The position numbers and the translations under genes were made by a program. A DNA stretch of 55,013 nucleotides, filler included, from Basidiobolus ranarum (lineage: Eukaryota): the NCBI GenBank assembly GCA_040143965.1. It is 2 parts of 2 records of this genome, joined end to end, with 100 filler letters (N's around TTAATTAATTAA, not from the genome) between each part and the next. Parts side by side here need not be neighbours in the genome. Positions count along the whole stretch, not along the records: positions 27,638 to 55,013 come from JASJQH010006998.1; 1 more part is not named here. One strand, 5' to 3'. The notes under the pieces are model-generated. The model was not told the origin of the DNA, did no database searches, and was given only the letters and a program-made list of their open reading frames with translations. This document shows positions 39,346-52,239 of this stretch, in pieces; positions within the stretch are counted from its first letter, which is position 1, and each line of letters begins with the position of its first letter.

Positions 39346-41641
39346 TTAATTTCGGCTTGATGCCAATCTATTTCTACTTAGCTCGTTTTCAAACTCAAGG
39401 TCTTTCTGCGTAATTTTAGACATTCGTTTAGATAAGAGTGCTACTCCGGCGAATATCACTAGCACTCCTAGTGTAAACATGCCATACTGAAACGCACTAA
39501 AATCCACAAACTCGTTGTAGTAAATACCTGATTTAGATCCATTAGAATAAGTTTTACTTGAGATGAGAAGTACTGGCAAAGTAACAAATATTGTTTCTTA
39601 CCTCCGCCGATAATATCAAAGACAGTCCAAATTACGTAGAAAACTGGAACTTGTAGCATGGCATCATATCTCTGTAATCCCATATTGATCCAGTAAACTT
39701 GTGAGAATGCAGTAACTACTGTCACAATTAAAATAACCCAGGCTAGAGGGCGGTTGAATTGATTTTCTTTCTGAAATATTGATACAGACAGCAGGTTAAT
39801 CAGCGATTTCGCGAACAGTGTAGTCATAGTTGCCATCATAGCACCCAAAGCTGCATAGCACAAGGGAAGTACTTTACGAATAGGCCAAGATGTTCGTGGT
39901 ATAGTTTTTGTTAAACTTGGGATAAACGATATTCTTCTATATTGATGAATTAAACGGTCCCAGTAGATCTGAATTGGTGTTCGTTTTTTCATGGAGTTAA
40001 ATTCTCTGGGTTTATTTTGTACCCCTGGCCCGTCGGAAATGATCGGGTGCTCACTTCCACTATCGTGGTAATCACTAGACTCCATGCTCGACTCTCGATC
40101 GTCGTTGTTATCTACTCTCAAGGTACTGTTGATTCCTTCAGTCTGAGGTGTTTCGTAAGAGGACAACGTATTGTCTCGGTTGCGTAATGAATCCTGGACG
40201 GTGGATAGAGGGACCGGTGCATTATCATTAGAATATGGTTGACCTTGTTCTGGCTGAATGATCATAGGTGTATCGACATCTTCAGGGGTAATGTTTTTCT
40301 CCATGATTTTGATGTAGAAGAATGACAATACGATGAAGAAAAATATTAACACGATATAGATAATTGTCGATGTTTGCTTGAACAGATTCAACAACACACA
40401 CAACCGGTAATCTAATCAAGAATTGATACTGTTAACCAAAGTTGCTTCCAAAATGGAATGGTGATTCAATTGGGAAATGATGCTATGTACCAACCTTGGA
40501 CAACTACCCCCGAAAACACAACTACTAGTACACATCCGCCAATGATCACCACCACGCCGATAATGTCGAATTTCCCTAACTTCTCTTTGTTCATGATGGG
40601 CGCAATGATTACATTGGTAACTAAGGAGATGGCTCCTAACGGTGCCACTAAAGATTGTGGGGCAAATTGTAATGCGACGAAGTTAAGAAAACTAGCAGCT
40701 ATATAGATAACAAATCCCACCACCCAAATCTTAAAAAATATATTGAGTTTAGCAGTGAAGCTTTTAGAATCATCAGGAGTTTTATCAGAAATTAACTGAC
40801 CGGATTGACTCTGGAAGTGCTGTAAGCCAATCTATGGATTAAACTGGAATTCGCATTGATATTGGGTAAGCTCCCGGAGCTGTTTTGTCGTGTTAATTTT
40901 TTTCTCTCTTGGCTTTTTCTCAGTGCGTACTTTTGTAGGTTAAGACCTATATTTAATGTAGTACCACCAAGCAATACTAGTACAACACCAATCCAAATGG
41001 AGTGCTTGTCGTTATTGTCTTTACACACTCCAATTTCTGTAACTCCCCTTTGTTGAGACGAGGAGCTGTTCTCTATATGGCACCCAGAGCCATCTTGGCA
41101 AGGATTCACTTCCCCGGATAATAGATAGCACTTTTGATCTAACTGTACTGCATTACAACAAGTACCACTATTTATGTTGTATGGAGCATACGGTAGAGTC
41201 CAAGCGCCATCACAAGTTGACTGAATCGTACAGTATTTTGATGAGCACATATCTGCTGGTGGAGTCATGTTGGCACGTAGGTAGCTGTTGTATGAGGCAC
41301 ATTCTTCTGGAGCTTGACATAACTCTCCTAAATAATTGAAAATTGAATGAAATTTTAAAATATGCCTGAGATATATCTATTGATATGGATAAGAAAGAAC
41401 TCTTTGCCTTACCAGCTGCGACTACGTATTGGCACTTGTTGTGTGAACAGATATAATCACCGATACGGGAGGACTTGAAGTTGGAAGCATCTGAGGGGGT
41501 TTTTAATCCGATGCTTGGGTCAACGCAATCTTTGTCAGTAACACAGGTAGAGGGCGGATAATAGGCCTCTGCCAGTTGACAATAGATAGAAAGAGTCGTA
41601 AACACACTGACGGAATACTGGAACAAACCAAGGAAGAGCAT
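39346..41641 (-). CDS. NIPA-family (DMT superfamily) putative Mg2+ transporter with signal peptide and Cys-rich N-terminal ectodomain; ~660 aa (exons 41413-41641, 40801-41327, 40495-40729, 39602-40411, 39346-39527)
   Basis: NIPA motifs NIGLNLQKYA, IWVVGF..Y, NFVALQFAPQSLVAPLGAISLVTN, TTLFAKS, QVYWINMGLQRYDA..VPVFYV and GGGIYYNEF. All four introns are GT-AG and phase-compatible, and the exon sum is divisible by three. Confidence 0.88.
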
Positions 41642-43357
41642 ATTTGCTAAGACCTACTTCACCGACACCACTCGAATGACAAGAAAGCAAGGGCGATGGG
41701 GGTACGTTTTTGATAACGTAGATAAGGAATTAATAGTGATAAAAGTGAAGATTAAAGCTTCACACAGTACGTTGCAAGAACAGCAAAGAAATTTTGACCG
41801 TAGTAGGTGGTTATGGAATTTGAAAGAAAGAGCTCAACTATCGAATATATAAATTAACAGTCATGAGCATACGAGGAAAACCAATGTTTGGTTCAAAAAA
41901 AAATACCATTATTTTTATCACGTTTGCGATCCTACTAGACCTTGCCCATGATTCAAATCAAATCAAATCTATAATTTATAGTATATAAAAAACCTTGAAT
42001 GCATGAAAGAGATACACTATTCAGATCACTAAATCTTGTTTTCTATTTAGATATAGTTAGTCACGTTGAAAACCAATTTAGGTCACCGAAATAAACGACT
42101 GTCACATTTATACAATACACATACATATATTCCTATCCTGGAGATCGACCATCAATGTCATTGATTTATATATATCACTTAATAAAACCAAAATACTCTT
42201 GGAATGTAGAGTAAACGGGGGTAGTTTCTCCGCTCTTCATGAACGACTACCGAGATCTATTAAATAAGTAAATGCATGCTTGGATTCGAATTTTGAATAG
42301 ACGTCACCAAAAATCAAAATTTCTCAAATGTGATCATCCTTGTGTCACCTGTCCAAGATTCATGTGGAGACAATAAGATGCAGCTCGCATTCAATACCCT
42401 AACTGAAAGAGTCGAGGATGGAGTACTGACCCTTTATTTCTTTCGAATCTACATGCCCAAGTATTTGCCAAGCCCAAGACTGATGAAATCCGATAAATAT
42501 CAGCTCTTTAAGAGACCAAGATCAAATGAATAACACAGGTTCGCAAGGGTGCCTCAACAAACTACTAACATAAGGAGGGAATCTTGGCAACAAGAGGGCG
42601 AGTGGTACTACACTATGTTAATATCACTGCATGCCAAGTTGTCTTTCTGTGATTACAATCAAGAGTTTTATACTTAATTTGAGAATTCTATGGTTTTGAG
42701 AGACCGATTATCACTTTCTATATATATCTTTGGAGGAATGGTGCTGGCAAATTACTAACCCACTCGAACCGGTATATTAGTGCATTATTTTCCATTATAA
42801 GATGTAGAATTATTGAATTGTGGTCATTGTGTAAACCCAAGAATACTCGGAATAGAAACATGGATGGGTACACTAGACAGGAAATTGGTGAGTGAAAAAT
42901 TTATACAATAGAGAATGCTAATAAAACATAACAGATTGTGAACAAGTGAGCAGGGTTCAGTAACAACTTATGCTAAGTTTTAGAGGTATTTAGGGTGAAT
43001 GCGTACAGCTTGGCAACAGAAGTATCAGAAAAACAGTGCCAACATGTATACTGGTTACCGAAATGCTAATGAACCTGTATTATTTCTAAGCCAAGAGGCT
43101 AGCGGTTTCAATGACAGAGGTGGTCGTAGGCATACTTGATATGAATTTTGAATGGATACGTATTGATCCAAGTGTATAGGATTTAAATTGAGATCATTCT
43201 AAGCTGTTATATATATCGAGTCGGGTTTAAAAGTCCAAAGCCTACATTGAGGAAGTAAAGCTGGAATGTTGGTGTGGACGGCATGGCATAAGCAGATGAG
43301 AGTCAAGTAAAATGGATAGGGTATAGTTTGTATGTTCAAATGTTTCTGTAGGACTAT

Positions 43358-44108
43358 TTAACGGCATGGATTTTCGGCAGGATTCCTCAACCTAGCTTCT
43401 TCTTCAGCAGTAGGCAGAAATGCCCAGAGAAGTGGTTGCAAATCTAAATAAGAAAGCTGAGAAATTTACTGCCAAGTAATTAAAATAGGTATTTCTTGAT
43501 GGTACCTTTAGGATCAATTCTCTCTGATGCTGTGACTGAACTAGAGTAGAGCATCCAGTAATGTCCATTGTTGCAATCAGCTAGACAGGAGAAACATGCG
43601 GTAGTTACATTATAACCCAGTACATTTCCACTACATTATTGAAATATCAAAATAATCTTGGTTAAATATTCAACTTGTATACTCAATAGTGGCAAGATTA
43701 CCAGCCCAAGCAAGCCACATCCTGAATTTTGCAATTGCAGTTATTCGTTGTATACTCAGGGCTTATATGCTGAACGCTAAAATAAACGACGTCATTAACA
43801 AGCAAACAACCTCCGGGTTAACAAAGAATAAATGCATACCCTAAAGGCATAGAATCTGTAGAGTACAATTCGACTCTAGTATCAGCAAGTAGAATGGCTT
43901 TCATTCCACGTAAGCATACAGTGGTCTGGCAGGAGCGACAAGACAATATGCAAACAGTTTTGCTTCTAAATTGTGGAAGAACATTCTGGCTGCCCATAAG
44001 GGAGTTGATATTACTCATGTTTCTGAGATTATTTCCTCGTGAGTTCAGATGTTCGCTTATATGGATTGTACGGTGGATTCTTTGAGAGGAATGATGTATA
44101 GGTGCCAT
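43358..44108 (-). CDS. FAM72: FAM72-family Cys-rich protein, paralog 1, 184 aa (exons 43840-44108, 43702-43776, 43506-43630, 43358-43443)
   Basis: Spliced translation: FRSKTVCILSCRSCQTTVCLRGMKAILLADTRVELYSTD...CNCKIQDVACLGCGNVLGYNV..ACFSCLADCNNGHYWML...LLWAFLP, matching the FAM72 hallmarks RGMKA.LLAD and CNNGH.W. Confidence 0.9.
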
Positions 44109-46790
44109 TTAAGAACTAGATTACCTGGTTGAGCCGATCGATTATGCTCTATTTGACTCGAATCAAGCTGAATGAGATACACAACAGGATTTTGCAGTTT
44201 AAACGATGTATATTGGTTTTTACGGTAGTTATTGGCGTAGTTATATCTTTTGGATATTAAGCGTTTATAGATTTAAAGGATGGGTGAGAAATTAGAAACT
44301 AAGTAATACTAGCAAGTGCTCACGTTCTTAAAAGGCTGTATTGAAGACGAGCAAAAGTATAACTAACTTTCAGGGTAATAGGATGTACTTCCGAACAATG
44401 GAAGGAAAATTTTCTAATAATAGTGACAGAAATCAATGAATGGGAAATAAGAGGCATAGATTTATCGAGGTACTATGTATATATGCGCGAATCGAGATAT
44501 TTTGCAATAGCACTCCAGTTCATGGTAATCAAATAACAGTATTCATTGATTTACCCTCTCAGTCTCCATTACTTTGATGGTCTGATTCTTGGAGACCATT
44601 CGAAAGGGAACAAGATTTCTGCGATTGATCAGTTGATGGGTCAGCCTTATAGTTGTAACAGAAACTTCCAGTTTTGATCAATTCGGTGAAATCAATAAAG
44701 CAATCATGTGGCTAATCTGTGAATCTTGCACAGTGAAGCTGAAACAGTCCCGCACGTGATCCGGAGAAAGTGGGAATCAAGAGGACCTCAACGTAATAAC
44801 CTTTGGATTGAGTTATTAAACTAGTGACTAGCGTGACGTATACGTATTTTCAGTGAGGACATTTGCAAGTCCAACGTTGAAACTCAACAAATCTGGAGCT
44901 ACCAAGGAAGGTGCATTTGGATCTTCGATAAATGGAGATTGCATATAGGCTTAGATATGATGACACAACCGAGGACCAACTGCTATGGATAGCCAGCGGA
45001 TGATGCTCCATTGGCTTGGGGTCCAGAACGTGACACTTTGTCTACTTGACGCCAACGACATTGAGAGGGACTGCTGGTAATCAGAGTTTAAATGCAGCCA
45101 TAATGTACAATCCGCTTATTGCAAGCGAACACCTGGCCACTGCTAATTGACCACAGTTCTAGTGCTAATTGTACGCTCTGAATCTATATATGCAAGGTGT
45201 GCCGCTAAGTCTAGATAGGATATGATAATAGTAAGATTTTAGGTCATCAAGCTAGAGTCGCGTAATGTGAAAATGCAGGCTTGGATACATTATTCCACTA
45301 CTAGTGAGTATTTCCAGATACACATGCTTTCCAACTTCTGTTTCAAGCTCGCCATAATTATCCCTTTCATTAGCCATTGTGTGATAGGCGTCGACTATAT
45401 CTTGATATATGCCAAACTTTGTACTCGTTTTCTTGTAGTGGGTGATAGTTTATAAGCATAGACTGACTGAATCTGATATTCCTGAGTCTTCAGAGTGAAG
45501 TTATGCGCTATTTCTTATTTCTGAACGACAAAGTCTCCTGAAAACAAATCTACCGCAGAGCACAAGGCCAAATTGATGCTACAGCCTACACTTAATGACA
45601 TCCTGAAGCAATACGAAAGATTTGAATCCAACATGATAAATGCTGCTTGGCTTATCTCCACTAATACAGGGTGATCTAGTTCAATACAGGCAGATCACAT
45701 CATAAATGTCACCCCCCCCCTATACTCAATGATTTCGACGATATGAGCAACTTCCCCGCAGTACATATACCTAATCATGATTAATTTAATTTCATGTGTT
45801 GTGATAAAAGCACTACTGATCAGAAGACAGAATCTAACGGAAGTTATTAACTATCGAGCCATGATGGGACTTGTGTGCTTTCTAAACTGCTCTTGGTAGA
45901 AATGGAAAATTAAATGTACAGTGTCCCAGAATCCTTTCATCCCACTAGCAATAATAGTGCCACAAAAATCGCCGATAACTAGCTCCATACTTTTTATTTA
46001 TTTACAGTTATCACTGATGCTAGAGAGCTCAGACTTTATTAGGCTTGCAACTTGCAATCTAATACACAGCTGAACCAGCGAGTTAATGGTGGATTGGTCA
46101 AGATACCCCTGAAATATTTATTAAGATTCACATGTGTTGACATAGTTTTCGCTTGATACCAACGGGCAATGGACAATGTCTATCTTCATTACAGTTTTCT
46201 TTTGCGTCTGATTTTTAAGTGACTATTTACATAGATCTATCTGTAGTGTTACAAGCGATGCCATACACTATGTACATTCTCCGTATCTGCATCTACAATG
46301 TATCAATAAATGCTCTTTGATACGATTTTTAATTTAATGTGCTCCACCAAGCCACTACAGAGGGCGTAAATTTAATGTCTTGTGTTCAAATTTTCCCATT
46401 TTTCCATGCTATTCTTTTAAGTCTCTTCATTACAATAACCCCTGGCCTGAAAGCATGCAGGCATCAAATGCATAGTTTCACTACAGGAATGGGCTGGTTG
46501 GGGGATTAAAACCTAATATGTGTCGACGAACCAGCATATTTATCCTAGTTTAAATCCTTCCTATACTTAATTCCTTCAGCATTCGATTCTGTGACTGTAT
46601 TAATTTGTTGTAATATACTGACTTTAGGCATTGACTAGTTCTTCTTTCCCCCTTTTAATTACTTCACTTTTATAGGCTCAATACTGAACAAAGCGTGAGT
46701 TTCTTAGACAAGACAAGAGTAATTTTCTCCTGTTTCCCTAAAAGTATCACACTTCTTGTGTAGTTGTAAAATTCTTATTTTAAACTTGCC

Positions 46791-49700
46791 ATGGCAACCA
46801 ATTATGAGAGTAAAATCGTACTAAGACCGCCGTTGAATTTTTCTAAGGTACATTTTTTATATTGACTTTATATTTTACGCTCACACAGGGCGTCTTTAGT
46901 GGATTCTTCCATTCTAAAGCAGCCAAAAAATAATAAAAACCTTCGCAGAAAATTTACTAATTCGTTTCTCTTTGGTATTACCTTTCACAGCCATTGAGTG
47001 GACGGTTTTTACAAAATCGACAGCATGGTGAGGAGACAGTCTCCAATTCCAATTCGGGTAATAAAAGCGAAGATACTGATTCTGGTCCAAGTAACGAACT
47101 CGGCTTCAACAAATTTAGTGGGAGTGCAACTCTATCTCGCTCCACACGCAGTAAAATCGGTTTACCACCACCTTCAACCACTTTCAAAGGCAACACCAAG
47201 TTGGCCGAACCTTTGAACGAAGCAAATACACCTGAGACTTTAATCGTATCAAACTTAGTAATGTCTATGAAGGAAGAAGCAATATCCCGAGATAAACCCA
47301 ATGATCCATATATTATTAATAGCAACAAAGCGCTACTTCTAAACAGAAAAAAAGAGACAAATCAACGATCACCAATACCTACCCGCAACAAATTAAATTT
47401 AGCTCCATCTAAAACCGCAATGGTAATAGATAAAATGAAGCAAGAAAGAGAAGAGCGTAGAACCCGGTTCGCTGAAGCAAGAACACAAAAACAGCAACAA
47501 CAAGGAGAGGCTTTTGAAGTAGCTAGATATGTTGAGATGATCAATGAAATTCGTGTAGAATTAGACACTAAAATGGTAGGATCTAGACGAAGATCAATCG
47601 GTAATGGTGCCTCTAACACTGGTAAAGATGTATCCATACAAGTGTGTGTAAGAAAAAGGCCATTAAGTAGCAAAGGTAGTGAAAGAAGAAATATTCCCTA
47701 GATTGATATGTTTCAACTCAAAAACTGTTTCTTAAATTAGAAAGCAACTCTCATGCATTTGATATTGCAACCTCCGTGCCTAGCAAGCATCGCAATACGC
47801 TAAGTAGGGTGTATGTTCACGAGCCCAAATCCCGGCTGGATCTCACCAAAACCATTGAAACTCAATGGTTCGACTTTGATGAAGTCTTTGATGAAAACAG
47901 CTCCAACATGCAAATTTATCGAGTGGTTGGAAAGCCATTAGTGGAGAAATTGTTTGAAGGAGGTAACTCTACTTTGTTTGCCTATGGTCAGACAGGAAGT
48001 GTAAGTATTATTGGCTTGGTTCCTCACTATATAACTCATTTGCAAGAACTAATGTGAGGTATATTCTATTTTTTCTTACACAAAGGGCAAAACACACACG
48101 ATCTTCGGCTCTTCGGATGGTCAGAATCCAAATGTAGGAGTTTATGAGTATGTGTGCAGAGACTTATTTCGCATGAAAGAAAATTACGGTGGTGGAGCAT
48201 TAACAATAACGATGTGCTTTTTTGAAATCTATGGTGGCAAAGTATTTGATTTGTTTAGTGAGAAGGCGTCGGTAAATATCTTAGAAGATGGAGCGGGGAA
48301 TATTCAAATAGTTGGTTTAAATGAGATCTCGGTAGCCTCTCTAGATGAGATGTTGAAATGTATCGAGCGTGGAAACCAATCACGTACCACCGCCTCCACA
48401 GAGGCTAATGCAACATCCTCTCGGTCGCATGCAATATTTCAAATCATATTGCGTGATTCATGTGGTTCTCCTCTGAGTAAATTCTCACTCATTGATTTGG
48501 CAGGCTCCGAACGAGCTTCAGAAAGTGGCTCGACAACTAAGCAATCCCAATTCGAAGGGGCAGAGATCAACAAGAGCTTGTTAGCTCTGAAGGAATGTAT
48601 TCGTGCCTTGAGTATTTACGGTGATTCTAAAAACGGGCATGTTCCATTTAGAGGTAGCAAGTTAACCCAGGTATTAAGAGACGCATTGACCGGACCTCGT
48701 TCAAATACCGTGGTTATTGCAAATATCTCACCAAGCTCTCTCAGCTGCGAGCATACATTAAATACACTAAGATACGCGGGGAGAGTCAAAGATTTAAAGA
48801 GTGGTACTGTAGCGTACAACTCAGGTAAAAAGTCTACATCCTCTAACAAACCTTATCTGAGTCCTGAAACACCTTCCTCAGTCAGCGAGCAAGATCAAGA
48901 CACTGATGAAGATCAATCTACGTTTTCAAGTGGAAACACCGACTCGGAAGAGTTCATTAGCATGAAGGAAGAGGAGTTGTTTACTCCGAAATTTACTGAT
49001 GTTGACAATACAGCGCCACCGATAGAAGTGTTCCGTCAGAAATTAGCATCTTTACAAAGACCGGGAATTTCTAATACTGAGAAAAATTATGGATGGAGGT
49101 TTAAACAAAGTGAACCAAATCCAGAGCATCAAGCTACGAATGAACAGATATCTCTTAATCCTACAATACCAACCGTACATACCCATGAAATATCCTTTCA
49201 ACCCATTTTGCCAATGGCTAATGTGGCACGAGGAGCTTGCACATCACAGGAGCAAATACGAGAAGCCAACATGGAAAAAGGCAACAAACTTATCAAAGAA
49301 AATACTAAAGAAATAACCCGTGTGAACACCACCTCGATCCCTAAATCCAGTAGAATACTCCGTAACATAAATAACACTAATAACGACATCAGCATTTCAC
49401 CCAGACACAAATTACAAATACCAGTCAAAACAATTGATACGAACCCCCTGACACCTCCACCGCCATTCGACCCACCCACACTGTCAGTTTCAACCGAACC
49501 CTCCAAAACATCCACCATTAATAATGCAGAACTACAGGAGGCTTTGGATCGGTTATTAAAACAACAGGTTTATACTATTGGAAGTGTAGATAAGTTGGGT
49601 GACCAAGAGAAAAGGATGCTTCAGGAAGTCAACCATATAGATGCAGCATCAATTATCGACTACCCTCACCAACTGGAAGAGATCCTGACAGAGAAGATCG

Positions 49701-49798
49701 CCATATTAGCAGCTTTCAAAGATTTAGTCCTTGAATTCAAACAGAAATCAAGGCAAGCCGTTGCTTGGGAAAAGCTAAAGACTGCTGGACTAGAATGA
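46791..49798 (+). CDS. Kinesin-13 (KIF2/MCAK-like microtubule depolymerase), central motor, ~904 aa (exons 46791-46847, 46991-47675, 47741-48000, 48086-49798)
   Basis: IQVCVRKRPL, VHEPK..LDLTK, FDFDEVFDE, P-loop GQTGS|GKT split by an intron, NATSSRSHA, DLAGSER, EGAEINKSLLALKECIRAL (the kinesin-13 KEC motif) and HTLNTLRYA. The first exon is inferred. Confidence 0.92.
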
Positions 49799-50131
49799 AG
49801 GGAAGCTTTCTTCAAGTGTCCACTATATTTATCCCATATACACACCAATAACGTGCTTAAGAAACCAACTATTTTGATAAGATAATTCTTCAGTTTTGTT
49901 TTAGCCGAAACTTATTTCTCTAGCTTTCAAGAATAAATATCAGTATTCTTTCAAGAGGAGCTTACTTTTACCGAACGTACAGAAAACTCCCAATTTAATG
50001 AGAAAAGACTTTCTAACCCTGACAAAGAGATAAATGGATCTATTTACAACGATACAAGCAAAGATTATGCTCAAGTTGAATGGCTTGAGTAAACAAATGG
50101 CTATTTATAGAAGAATGTAATGAGGTAAAAT

Positions 50132-50760
50132 TTATCGCTCCACAATCTGCGTTTCTAGGTTCACTGGTGTCTCCAATTCGTGTAGATCATGGCCCCAAAA
50201 TAAATACTCATTTTCTAGATTATTGGTTTAAGGTAACTTTCAATATCAGTGCTGCAAAAGGAAAGATACTTGGGTAAATCTACCTGAACTCAATAGAGCA
50301 AAGGATTTAACTTCGGTTGCATTATAAACCCAGTTATGACCTGTCTGCGTCACCATGCATCTAAAGCAAGGACGTAAAATGGTGAATCCCACCGTGTTTC
50401 CACTAAAGAAATGAAAATTTTAACCAAAATACTACACTTAAAGAAACAAATGATAGCAATTTACCAGAGTAAACATAATAAATCCTGTACGCCACAGCTA
50501 CAAATCCGAAAGCATATAGGCTGCTCTTCATTTGTATCACAAAGTTCGGACTTTAAGTCGGTCGTATATAATGACTCTGCTTGGTCATAAGGATATGCCT
50601 GAAAAAGTGGATGAACGTTGGTAAAGGAAACAAATAAATCCAAGTTAACTCAATTTTATACTACCTTTAATCCTCTGTTGGTAAAGTGCGCACCGCAATG
50701 CGAGCAATACAAAGAATATATTTTTCGTTCAAACTTAGTACACACTCGTAACAAAGCCAT
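50132..50760 (-). CDS. Divergent FAM72-like protein, paralog 2, 143 aa (exons 50665-50760, 50465-50598, 50284-50402, 50132-50214)
   Basis: Only partly visible in the ORF track. Three GT-AG introns give MALLRVCTKFERKIYSLYCSHCGAHFTNRGLKAYPYDQAESLYTTD...CSCGVQDLLCLLCGNTVGFTILRPCFRCMVTQTGHNWVY...YLFWG...VER*, colinear with paralog 1. Confidence 0.8.
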
Positions 50761-51712
50761 CGTAATAGCAGTATGAGGAGATAGAAATGGGGACCTGGTA
50801 AACAAACCAAGGCTATACCAATGATATATCCAAACGGTAGTACGTGTTTGTGACCATTTATATATGAATTTTCCTCTTTTACCGTCTTCGCAAATTGTGA
50901 ATATCGATTCATTTTAAGCCACCTTTGCACTCACAAATTAGTGCTTATTCAAAGACTGTTACTGGATAATAAATAATCGATGGATTTCAATATAAATCAA
51001 AGTCCAGTTTCAATACTCTAAATCCATCTGAATCATGTTTGACAGCCTTTCTTCAGATGATTTGTTGTCGCAAAGGCATACTATGGCTCTACTCATTTTA
51101 AGTGACTTCACTCTCCATTCGCTTATTGGCTCAATGTGAGGGTAACCCATCTGAAAAATATTGAGACTAGCCAGACCAGTATTCTACGATATAAATGAGT
51201 CTAAAGCAAGTATGTGAGAAGCAATACAAGAGTAAGCCACAACCGAACATCTCCCAACCAAATTCACGCTGAGCACATTAATTGCCTGATGATTCCGCTT
51301 CCAACAATGGTGGGTGAGCGTTGACGTGACTTGGGTCTACTGCATAGTACCAAAAGAACCTAAACTATCGACTTAGGTTTCTTGCAGTGCACATGGCCTA
51401 ACCCACCCGCACTACACCACAGTACGAAGAATTCTCCTTCAGCAGGGTTTTTGTTCCGCATGTAGAAATAGCAGGAAAGTGGCAGGGACCCAACAATATT
51501 TAATCATGATCTGATGGTTAAAAGCAGAGCAGCATCAGGAATCTGTTTATAATTTAACAATAAATATTTTATATAGAAGTGTATGATATTGACTACAGAA
51601 TGGCCTTCAAGGAATAACTAATTCAATACAACACTATTAATAATATAATGGCTATTTAATATGGGGTTGGTTCAGAAGATGGAGTTGCAGTCTGAGATCT
51701 TCATCGTGGAAC

Positions 51713-52239
51713 TCATAGGTACATCACTGTAGCTCCGATTGCCATAGCAATAACAGCCAGGTAAGGTTTTACCACTGCTCCGGAATTCATCTTGTTTGTA
51801 CTCATTGGCTTCTTGCTCGAAGTAGCGACACTAGGACGTATGGATCCCGTACTGAAGAACAATAGTTAATTAATAGAAACATATGACTTCATGCAATATT
51901 TAGAAACTATGAGTATTACCTTGAGTGTGTACTAGATACGGGTGTGGCAGTTGCGGTGGGCTGAGTAATACTTGCGCTTGATGAAGCACTGAGTCCTGTC
52001 GGTGTAGAGCTTGAGATGGAGCTTGAAATAGAGCTCGCCAAGGAGCTAGAAGGAAGAGATGTACTTGCAGCGATGCTCGTCGATGTCTGGGTCAGTAAGA
52101 AAGATGGAGTTGGTATAGCAGATGTAGTTTGACTTGAAGAATCTACTGAATCACTAGATTTCGATGTGCTGGCTTCATTACTAACTTGGGCCGCAGCGGC
52201 AGTGCTTAAAATGAGTACAATCAATTGTTGGAAATGCAT
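51713..52239 (-). CDS. Ser/Thr-rich secreted, probably GPI-anchored surface protein, 152 aa (exons 51920-52239, 51713-51851)
   Basis: Signal peptide MHFQQLIVLILSTAAAA, S/T-rich body, C-terminal NSGA followed by hydrophobic YLAVIAMAIGATVMYL*. A TATAAAT element lies about 70 nt upstream. Confidence 0.8.
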
